A stretch of 64,000 bases of DNA from Laetmonice hystrix (lineage: Eukaryota), in NCBI GenBank assembly GCA_965235115.1, contig OZ249442.1:16678001-16742000 (forward strand), given 5' to 3'. Shown piece by piece: positions 18,601 to 30,600 of this stretch. The notes under the pieces are model-generated. The model saw nothing but the letters and a program-made list of their open reading frames with translations. It ran no database searches and was not told the DNA's origin. The position numbers and the translations under genes are program-made. Position 1 is the first letter of the stretch. The number at the start of each line of letters is the position of its first letter.

Positions 18601-21600
18601 GGACACCAGCCGGGTTGACAAGAGCAAAATGATGGTGAGTGACACAACAACAAATTGATTATGATGACAGTGGACGATCCAGGATTTTGATAAGGGGGGC
18701 CACCTAATAAGAAATGTAGCCTCGCTATACGCTCGGCATGATTTGATTGTGCTATTAACACACTTCTAAATGTTTTATTTTATTCAAATACTATATTATT
18801 CAAATATAGCCATAACATCATCATAAAAAAGGAAGGAAAATCTAAGGGGGCCGGGCCCCCTGGCCTCTGGATCCCCCAGTATGATGATGATATAATGATG
18901 ATGTTGATTATGAAAAAAATGGGAAAAAATAATAGGAAAGAAATACTGAAAATGGTTGTGTGCGTTTCTATTGCCAGGTTACACTTCAAACTTATAGCTC
19001 AAAACACGCACAGTTTCGAATTTTGCCGCGATACAAGGTGAAAACAGAAGGTGAACTGGTGAGTACAGGATTAAAACACGAACACCGCCGACCAACCAAT
19101 GATTAGTTAAAATGACTTTAGGTTTTTATAGTTGGTTAAAAAGACTACATCTGGCAAAAACAAAAAAAAATCCATCAGTGAGAGGTCATAATATGCTTCC
19201 GTATACCTTAAACACGAGTGTTTGACTACATTTGAACTGTACGTAATTTTACTCCACAGATCGAGATATATGATCAAATCGTTTTTGAAAGTGTCAAGTC
19301 GCCGGAAATCTTTCTGCACGCCAGTGAGCCCTATCGAATAAATCGATTTACCATTGGGTAAGGTAACATTGGAACAGAAAGAGTACAACCATGCTGAAGA
19401 GACCCTATCCGGTGTAATGCATTCATTAAAGTCGAACAAGGGGGTGTCCATGTAACGCTAGGGAAGTTCACTGCAAGCACAGAAGCTTTGTGATAGCAAT
19501 GATCACCATCTCCTTTGTGGGTATTAATTCTCCTCTTTCGTATATAACAGATAACTTTCAGACCGGGACATGCAGATCCAGGGTTGTTCAAAAGGACAGG
19601 GGACCGCTTTTTTTTTAGCAACTTTCCTCCTTTTTTCTTTTCACATTTTCCTTACTTCGCCTTTGAAAATAAATCCGATATCATTCGAAAGTTGCTTAGA
19701 CTCATCCTTTAACGGAAACCCGTTTTTTTTATCAGCTTTCCCTGCTTGATTAACTTTTCGAATTCTCGGATCGACTCCTGCCAGGTACGTTTGTTGTGAG
19801 CGCGCCAGGTATAGGCCTACATGTCATTGGCATTGCTATCTTTTCCAGATCTGAGTTAAATGTTGGAATTGAACGTGCAGGTTTCACATGGGTGCATCGT
19901 TACCGTCCTAAAGTCGACAAACAAAATATCTTACACGTAAGTGTATCGTTATACCACGTGATTAATTTTCTTGACTTTTAATCGGCCTACTGCATACACA
20001 TCAGATTTTGATATTACAGCTAATGAAAGAATATCACTGCAAATACTGTATTTCACATCAATCTAAACAAAAACGGAAATCCATTTAATTTGATCCATGG
20101 AAAAGACCAATAACACCAGCTAAACGTTCGGCATTGTTAACGGGTAGGCCTATTATCTTTTGTCCAATTTATCAAAGGACCGAGACAGCTATTTAGGAGA
20201 ACAGACAAAGTTGATACACAATTGTGGCCGTTACACTGCCGATAGGTTTTACGCCCCAAATAGTAGCCTATTATAATCACTATGTATAAAAAAGATAAAC
20301 ATGTGTTATCCAGTCGAAATAAGTGTTCTGTTCCTTTTGGTACCGTTTAGGGCAGTGCTGTCGTGCGACTATTTCACAAGGATCTGGAGGCCTTCCTGAC
20401 GGCCGAGGGGGTGTTCGGAGAAGAACCTACGGAGGAAGGTGAAGAGCTGCTCTCAGTTATCTTGTTCAAATCTATGGGACGGAATGTGCTTTCCGGTTCA
20501 GTAACTGACACAGATAACTGACAAACTTTCTCCAAGAGGTTTATGGTAGCCGCACTTACTCTTTCAAACAAAAACTAAATTCTAGTTACTATAGGCCTAT
20601 AGATCTATAGGCCTATAGTAGATCTATAATATTTGCACATTTCTGACAAAAAGTAACTACTAACATTTTAAGACCCCTTATATAAAAGCTATAGGCCTAT
20701 AATTATGTTAATTGTTAACTTGTGATCTGATTGACATTTTTTCGTTGTCTTTCTAAATATATAGTCCACTTACGGATTCGTGAAAGGCTTCCGTCGGACC
20801 CGCGGACATTATACAACCCCAAGTCGGCCATCACCTACTGGCAGGTAGAATCGGCGACCAGTGTCATCGACGGTGGCGCCATCAAGTGGGAGAATTCGAT
20901 AAGGTTCCGTCACATGACCACGAGACGGTATCTGTACATCACGCCCAACCGTAAGGTGGCGCTGACCACAGACGGCCGCGACCCGCAGACAGTTTTCCGG
21001 ATACATTCTCTGTCGCAAGTATGTGCACAAGCGCGTGTCGGGGGGTGGGGGGGGGGGGGGTCCGGACACCCCCCCCCCCCACCCCAGAGCATAGAATGAT
21101 GTTTCTTAAGATTCAATGGAATAACGTGGAACGAACAATTGCGAAACATTCCCGCCGTTTTGAGCGACGAATCCACAAAATATAGGTTAATGCCCTAAAA
21201 TGGCCCCTAAATTCGGGAAATCGCGTCTCAGAGCTTCTAATTTTAAATAAAATACTGAGCCCCCCCCCCATGTTGAAAATCTTGGACACATGCATGTTAC
21301 ATCTCATAAAAAACGGAAGTAGCCCAATGTGAATCAATTTTTTCCCATACACATGAAAATAAGCCTATTAGGCCTACCCCTTTTCTCCGATTTCCGTCTT
21401 TGCCTGCATGGCCAAAGTGTAGGCCTAGATCTATGCCAGCGTATTCAGAAACATTACGAATACGGCTGAGACACTGATAGCATCTTTCAGTTGGCTCATG
21501 CTGATACAGATCATAGACTCTATGACTCTTAAATAGGACATTTCTGTTGGTTAACCACCAGAAACCAGAGCAGATGGAGATAAGTTACGGCAGCAATGGT

Positions 21601-24600
21601 CGGATTGAGCACGTTGTTTCGGGTTGTTGGCTTCATGCACCAATAGGTAGGTCACATCATTAGAGGGACAGATTAACTGGATGGACCAGTTCCCCTTTTT
21701 CTTTTTTCCTGCTTGAAAGGTTCACACACATCCCACAACACCCCCTCCCCCTCCCAGGGCTGTCCAAAGTTGAGGCTGCTTGGTGCTCAACACGCGTAAA
21801 TCTGCGCACCAGAATTACCAACCAGAAACACTTGGTCGCCCACGTGGGCAAGTAAGTGTCGCCCAACAGAACATTTGCTCTCACAACTACTTTTGCTTTT
21901 TTCAACAATCATTCTGGGCCCATTTTTGTGTCAGCTGTTCTAAAAATTATTATTTTATAAACTGAGCTGCTTGACAAATGATCAGGATGTAAACAAAAAT
22001 ATGTGTACACAAGAACGGCTGTTAGGTTTACGGAATAAGGGCGCATCTAAGACACAGAGAGACAGGGAGTAAGATACATATAGGCCTATATTCATTTTAA
22101 AGTTTTGTCACTCACTTTTTTTCTTGTCGCATTTGTGTCACTGTTGTCGCTCCATGGCGCGACATAGCGACAAATGGACAGCCCTGCTTCCCCGAACCTA
22201 ACACCCACGTTGGCGCACCCGAGATCCACCCCTGCTAGTGCTATAGTCACCCAGATCTTTCTGCACGCAAGGACGACCATGCGTGGAATAGCCTGGGCTT
22301 ATAATTAATCTTCATTCTGAAAACCTGTACTCACAAGAGTTTACACGGGGAGGGGGGGGGGGGTGGGTGGGTGCATGCCCTACAGCCTCAAAAGGCCCGG
22401 CACCGGTCCCAGTAAGAGCCGTTGCTTTAATATAACAGTAATGATAAATTTGCCGTCACAAGGTAAAGTAGCGGGTAAACTCGACTACAGTACTAAGATT
22501 GTATAGGCTTATAGGGTTGCTGTCACAGGGGCCTCCCATTTAACTTCAATGTCGAGGAGGGAGGAGAAGCAGAGAGATTTATTGAAGAAAAAAATCCCAG
22601 CTCCAATCACATGCACTGCGAATCTGGGAGCAACAATCTGGGTCCTGTTATGGTTGAAGAAATCTGTTAAATATTCAAAGACGTTACCCAAACCAAAGTG
22701 TAATAGTTGTGATGCTGTAGATAAAGGTACTGAGAAACTGTACAGTATATATTCAAGAAACCGCTGCTTAACATCAGTGGTAATATCGTCAATCCTGTGG
22801 TATGAATGAAAGTGGAACACTGGTAGGGGTCTATGTAACATAAAGCGATCAACCCTTATCTCCTGAATTCATATTCATTACATTGATATTCTATTCCTGG
22901 TTATCTTTCTAATAGGCCTACATGATGTTATTTTGTGTTTTGTAGACGCGGATTATAAGCGTCAGCAGGGTCGGGTGGAGAAGGAAGATTCGTTAGACTG
23001 CCTTCAGTGGGACGGTGCTAGTCTCATCAAGGTTGGTATGGAGGGCTGTGTATATAGGCCTACAGGTAGAATCTAGTAACCATCGAAATTAGGAGCCATT
23101 ATGAGTACATTGTACGTGTACAAGTTTTGACCCGTATAGGGCGCGAAGTTAGTGGCTATCTAAATTAGTACATGATACATGATATGAGCCTTCCAATGGA
23201 GCTGTTCACAACTTTATAAACTATCGGATGATTATTAATCAAGGGTGCCATATTGTGACTAGCGATTTTCATTATTTTAGAGAAAATCATGTATTTGGTT
23301 TTATGGTTATGGTTTTATGGTTTGGTTTAAGGACAAATTATTTGCTTTAACCATTCAAAAATCTCCGGATTTACAACTTCCATTAACGAATCTAGATCGG
23401 GACCTGAAAAGAATAAACTACTATTATCTGCAAACATAATAAGTTGACATTTAGTGGACACTTTATGTAGATAATCTATACAGATTAAGAACATTAGAGG
23501 TCCTAAAATTAATCCTTGTGGAACACCTGTTGTAGTTAGTGACTCCTCGGAAAGAAAATCATTAAATAATTGTACTGTAAACGATTTGTGAGTTGTTTTT
23601 TCTAACCACAACAGACTGGTACCTCTAATTCCATAGTGATATAATTTATTTAACAGTATTTAAATATTAACTGTATCAAAAGCTTTACTGAAATCGAGAA
23701 ATATACCCATAGTGATAAAATTATTTGCAAAAGAAGTGGTTATGGTGTCATTAAGTGCATTATAAGTGCAAGTTCGGTGGAATGGCTCGCTCAAAATCCA
23801 AATTGGTATTTATAGAAAAAGTTGTGGTATTTGAGGTAATTATATAATCTTGAGTGCATAGTCTTTTCCAATAGTTTTGAGAGAAGAGGTAGTATATAGA
23901 TTGTTCTTTTGCACATTTCAGCAAGGTGATTTTGACATGGGCTGGTTGTTTCTCAGTTCGGCGTTCGCATAATAGTAGCATTTTACGTGGTGTCTTCCAG
24001 ACTGTAGGCCTATGGCACAGTGCCATTTGGCGATATGGCATTAGTTACTACCATGCACTGCCAGGAAGAAGGTACAATAGATACTGGTGTATGGATACAT
24101 CATTAGGAGGCCGTACTAGAGTATAGAGGTTAAAGGTGGGCAGAAAGAATTGAGGGCGCGTTCTTAATTGTTGGGGCTGACTTGGGAAAGTACTGCTTTC
24201 CCACCTTCCTTCCTACCTACCAGCACACCAATGCTCATTATAACCAGCGATCCTGTAGCTGCGTAACTACAAATTAGATAAACACGTTAAATATAAATTA
24301 CATTTACAGGTTGTTGGCAGCTCCTCTCGACAGTACCCAGACGCGTTTACGGTTCAGAAAGTTGCTGAGAAGGAATGGAACCATTTCAATTACGTGGCTG
24401 GCATGATACCGTTCATAAAGGATCTCACAGAATGTGTGAGCACCTTACATTTCGTTAATATGCGGTCATTATATGCCGGCCCGCTGTCATGACACAAGTA
24501 TAGACCTATCCTATATTGTTTTGTCATCGGTCATAATCTTTCCAAGATGATTCTCCTTGATTTTGTCTCCTTGATGTCGACTTTGTTCTCACACTTCAAG

Positions 24601-27600
24601 ATCTCACGGGCATGAAAATATAAATCACTAGTTGAAAACATTTAATGGAAGGTAACACTAACTGTAACAGTCATGGATGTAACTATTTCAGGCTCAATTC
24701 GTATTTATTGAGTATAATGTTAAATCGGATTTTACTTTCCAGCGAAAGGAAGGAAATGACACTATGAATGCACGACAAACGTTACGTATAATTGCGGTGA
24801 GTATTTATGTTTGAATTACTTTTGACCTTATTTGACAAAGAAAAAATAAGTAATTTACGAGTAATGCAAGGCATACTTGAGTTGCGTCGAGGTCCGTTAA
24901 ATGTTGTGGGGTCGATATGTGCATGAACATTATGTGTTTCAAGTCATAAAAAAGACTAGTAGGGGATAGTCGAGTTGGAGTGGTGTGTCTATACGCTTTA
25001 TTAAGTTTATTGCGTAGCCGAGTTTGAGTAAAACCACTGAAACCCGTTGCAGACTCTGAAATCACTTCGGAACTTCGTCATGCCGGATGGTACTCCAATA
25101 AAGGACCGCCAGAAACTACTACGAAATCTTCGGGTGAGTATAATACAAAAAGGCCATGGCTGCTGCCAAAGTACTTTGGGTGGAAGACCACCAAAAGACT
25201 ATTGCCAAAGTACCAATCAAAATACAGTATTTGTACTTTGGCAGCAACTAGCCTCTCTCACAAGAGTCAGGACTACACATGTCAGCCAGTTGAGGTCTCT
25301 TCCTTACATAAACAGCATTCTGATCCTGCTTGTACAGTTCAAAGCTGTCGTATGTCGGGAACGTGTCACCGAGCTTCATCTACGTCCTAGACCTACTCAG
25401 ACGTCTTGGCGCCAAAAATTCTAGGTCGTATGTAACGAAGCTTCTGATTGGTACTTTGACAATAGCGTTTTGGTCGTCTTCCACCCAAAGTACCTACTTT
25501 GGCAGGAGACACTCCGATAAAAAAAGAGTCCGCGAGTAGTGCGTCGAGCCGTATTGACATGCGTTCAGAAACGGACGCGATGGCCGTTCGGCCGGGAGTT
25601 TCTCATACCGAAGGTAAAGATTAAAGATGAGGATGTAATCAATAATTGCGAGTACAATACTCATATATTATCACCAATGTATAATGTCACGGTAAGCATG
25701 ACATCCGCGGGTAAGGAGTTGGCATGGAGGTGGACGACGCTACGGTGGTGGATTACCGTTGAGTATTTTTCCAGGGACAAAGACAGCGACGTTGTTTGAT
25801 TTCTGCGGTTATCTGACGGAATTTTTTTTGTCTCGTTTTCTTTTTAACGTAATCAACCAACATTTATCTGAGTGTTCATTACCAAAGTTCTCTCTCGTGA
25901 TAATGTCCAGAGTTATGTTGGTATTTTTGTGTGTTTTAGTTGGTGGATGTTATGGTAGACCTTCTGGAAACACCAATAACAGAGGAGCTGAAGGACTTTT
26001 CTCATCTTTGTGAGGTCAGTGTCTCATCTTTGTGAGGTCAGTTCCCAACTTATAACAATCACTTTTGAAACAAACCCATCGTGCTAAATTTATGTGTCTT
26101 TGGAGAAATCTGAAGTCTAATATAGGCCTTATATCGATCGTCGAAGGATATTCGATCATTAGTTATACATAGAGTCTATGTTTCCTCCTGCACACTTGGT
26201 ACTTCCTTTTCATGATTGTTGATAAACAAAGTAAAATTGAGTATTTAAGCAGGTTATTTAAGTATTCCCGTATTTAATGTATTCCCGTACATTCCCCCTG
26301 GGATTGCAGGTGTTCCGAGCCGTGTACGAGGTCCTCCACTGTTACACGATGGGACGTAGCAAAAAGAACGCCCTCTACTTTGCTCACTATATCCCCTTCT
26401 TCATGACGCAGCTCTTAGCTAAGGTATGGCAGCGGGGTGGGAGTGTTGGTTAGGGCGTGAAAGAAAAATATAGAAGAAGAGAAGGAAAAAGAAGAAGAAC
26501 AAGAACCCCCGTCACTTTAATAGCTAATGTAAATTAGAATGCATGATTGGGCTGTTTCTAGTCTGAATACTAGATGTCTTACTTAGATTATCGTAACGGG
26601 TTGTGCTGTCGTTTTGATAGGGTGGAGTTGGTATCCAGTGTTGTCGGATGCTCATCGATATATTGCGGGACAATCGGAAGATTATCGATCGCTTTACGCC
26701 ATCTCAACTTGATCAGGTTATCGGACTTCTCGGAAAGCAAAAGGTACAGTCGTTCAAAATATATATTCAAACACAGTGAAGGACCAAAAACGATAGACAC
26801 ACGTGTAAACAAGATTTTTTTTTCATTCCGTGACGGCTCCATACTATGCAACCTTTCTGGACAATTTTTTCTGTTTCCCAGCACCATATATACCTGGAAC
26901 TTCTTCGAGTACTCAGCGTTTGTCAGAATATTGCCATGGCAGAAAACCAGACACAGATTGCTGTGAATCTATTGCAGAAACAAAAGGTAAGCTGTAAGAG
27001 GTATAGGTCTTACGGAGGCCGATTTGATATAATTTACGTAGCCTACATAGGCTAGAGCGTAACTAATCTTCTTCTTCTGAAATTATATTCAGAAAAGCAC
27101 AATTTCATGTATATGTTAAAATAACTACATAACTAAATGTTCTTAAACGTGAATGAGATTTTTGCCCTGTGCAGGGATCTATGTACCATATTGAATTAGG
27201 CCAGGACGTAGGGGAGCCAAAGGAGTTGATCTATGTATCCATTAACAACAGGAAACGTTGGATTCCACTTCACAAATTCGCTTACGTGAGTCAGGTTTTG
27301 TAACAACACCACATTGGAACAAGAAATCTAAATAGAATCATTAAATTTTTGTAGGTCAACATGTTATAGTCAGCCTTCCCTTGGACATTAAAGGCATTTA
27401 CTCTTGCTATCCGAATAGCAGAGAAATTGAGAATTTATAACGTTTCGTTTAATATATACAGCTAGATTCTGACGGAAACATCTAATTAAATTTTAGTTGT
27501 GCATCAGGTGATTTCTTTACTTTTCAGAAGAGTAACGTGGAGCACGATGCAGATTCCTACAAATTTCTGGAAACGCAGCTGGCCTTATACAAAGACCTTT

Positions 27601-30600
27601 GCTACGTATGTAGATATGTAGATTTAAAAAGGAAAAAAAAATCATTATTGCGAATGGCTGGTCGTGATGTTACTGTCACAGATAAAAGGGAGAGCCTCGT
27701 TGTGAAGTTCTTGAACTCTTGAACTCATTCCTATCGTCTCGAAAATAAAGGCACCCCAAATACATCTGATTAACATTATTTGTTGGCGCCACTAAGCCTC
27801 CTTTGCTTTATGCTGAGTCTCTTTCTTCTACAATGTTTTAATCATATTTATATTCAATAAAACTTTTATTGTTGTTGAAGATAACGTGGGGTTTCTGTTT
27901 ACCGTTGAGAGACATATTTTTTAAAACTGCCCCCTCGTCCTGAAAGTGTTATCAATAGGGTAAGGCTGTCTGTTTATGATCAGGGTCGGAACAGTAAGGC
28001 TATCGAGGTAATAACCCGTAACCGGGAGTTCTTCACCTGGGAGGTGGCCTTCCTCGGCGTCCGCTCGGAAGTCCTCCCAGACCGCATGAGGGCCACTTTC
28101 TGTGACCTTCTCATAGGTAAGCATAGGTCTTTATATACCTGTCTGGTTATCTTCGAAACACTTGTGAAACAGGTCTTTATGTACCTGTCTGGTTATCTTA
28201 GAAACATCTGTAAACAGGTCTTTATATACCTGTCTGGTTATCTTAGAAACATCTGTAAAACAGGTCTTTATATACCTGTCTGGTTATCTTAGAAACACTT
28301 GTGAAACAGGTCTTTATGTACCTGTCTGGTTATCTTAGAAACACTTGTGAAACAGGTCTTTATATACCTGTCTGGTTATCTTAGAAACACTTGTGAAACA
28401 GGTCTTTATGTACCTGTCTGGTTATCTTAGAAACATCTGTAAAACAGGTCTTTATATACCTGTCTGGTTATCTTAGAAACACCTATAAAACAGGTCTTTA
28501 TGTACCTGTCTGGTTATCTTAGAAACATCTGTAAAACAGGTCTTTATATACCTGTCTGGTTATCTTCGAAACACTTGTGAAACAGGTCTTTATGTACCTG
28601 TCTGGTTATCTTAGAAACATCTGTAAACAGGTCTTTATATACCTGTCTGGTTATCTTAGAAACATCTGTAAAACAGGTCTTTATATACCTGTCTGGTTAT
28701 CTTCGAAACACTTGTGAAACAGGTCTTTATGTACCTGTCTGGTTATCTTAGAAACATCTGTAAAACAGGTCTTTATATACCTGTCTGGTTATCTTAGAAA
28801 CACCTATAAAACAAGTCTTTATATACCTGTCTGGTTATCTTAGAAACACTTGTGAAACAGGTCTTTATATACGTGTCTGGTTATCTTAGAAACACCTATA
28901 AAACAGGTCTTTATGTACCTGTCTGGTTATCTTAGAAACACTTGAAACACAGGTCTTTATATACCTGTCTGGTTATCTTAGAAACACTTGTGAAACAGGT
29001 CTTTATACCTGTCTGGTTATCTTAGAAACACTTGTGAAACAGGTCTCTATATACCTGTCTGGTTATCTGGTTGCCGCACCAAACTGATTCTTTGGATTCA
29101 TGGAAAAAGGAGGGCACAGGTCACTGCTGGGTTACCAGCCCCATCAAACGTACCGAGTCAATATAGGCCTATAATCTCTCTCCCCCGCCAGGTCTGTTTG
29201 TGGATGTCGGTGACAACTATTCCATCATCGAGGTTGCCTCCAATAACTTTGTCTATGACGAGGTGTACGTGGATGAGAGCGGCACCAGGGCGAGCGATAA
29301 CGTGAGTCTGAGCTAACTTAAACGGGGTTCTCCAAATATTTCTATCATACGGGTTTCCTTCTCTCAATGGGATACAAAGCTTCTCTTATTAGTATAATTC
29401 ACTATGTAAAGTATACTGAGATGTGTTACCTTTGTGTACAGGTGCCCCATGATCTCGACTCGCACTTCCCCATGATGCGGGTTTGGCTGTTTGAGTTCTT
29501 CGACCGACACCGGTGCCTGGCCGCGTCAGAACCTAGCAGGAACATCCTCATAAAAGAGGTACGGAACCTAGGCCGCATCCAATTAGGGGTTAATATGGAA
29601 TATTAGACATATTCCTATACACTTTCCCCATTCCTGTGCTGCCAGGTCCTGCGGCTAGTGACAACCTTCATCAAGTATGGCTTCTTCGGCTCAACCCGGG
29701 AGATGGACGCCATCATAACTCCGGTCATCCACCTCATAGACGGCCACAGGGATGTCCCCTTCCCACCGGACAAGGGCACAGGTAGGCTCCAGGGATGTCC
29801 CCTTCCCACCGGACAAGGGCACATGTAGGCTCCAGGGATGTCCCCTTCCCACCGGACAAGGGCACAGGTAGGCTCCAGGGATGTCCCCTTCCCACCGGAC
29901 AAGGGCACATGTAGGCTCCAGGGATGTCCCCTTCCCACCGGACAAGGGCACAGGTAGGCTCCAGGGATGTCCCCTTCCCACCGGACAAGGGCACAGGTAG
30001 GCTCCAGGGATGTCCCCTTCCCACCGGACAAGGGCACATGTAGGCTCCAGGGATGTCCCCTTCCCACCGGACAAGGGCACAGGTAGGCTCCAGGGATGTC
30101 CCCTTCCCACCGGACAAGGGCACATGTAGGCTCCAGGGATGTCCCCTTCCCACCGGACAAGGGCACAGGTAGGCTCCAGGGATGTCCCCTTCCCACCGGA
30201 CAAGGGCACAGGTAGGCTCCAGGGGTGTCCCCTTCCCACCGGACAAGGGCACAGGTAGGCCACAGGGATGTCCCCTTCCCACCGGACAGGCGCACACTGA
30301 CAGGTATAGGCTCCAGGAATGCCTTCTTCCCACCGGATTAGGGCACAGGTATAGGTCACAAGGATGCCCCCTTCACACCGGACAAGGGCACAGGTATAGG
30401 TCACAAGGATGCCCCCTTCCCACCGGACAAGGGCACAGGTATAGGTCACAAGGATGCCCCCTTCCCACCGGACAAGGGCACAGGTATAGGTCACAAGGAT
30501 GCCCCCTTCACACCGGACAAGGGCACAGGTATAGGTCACAAGGATGCCCCCTTCACACCGGACAAGGGCACAGGCGGGCTCCAGGGGTGTCCCCTTCCCA

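Noticed and set aside
22509-22852. Overlapping 61-110 aa ORFs next to the LINE fragment
   Set aside because: No recognisable motif in any frame; cannot be assigned to the LINE or to a gene.
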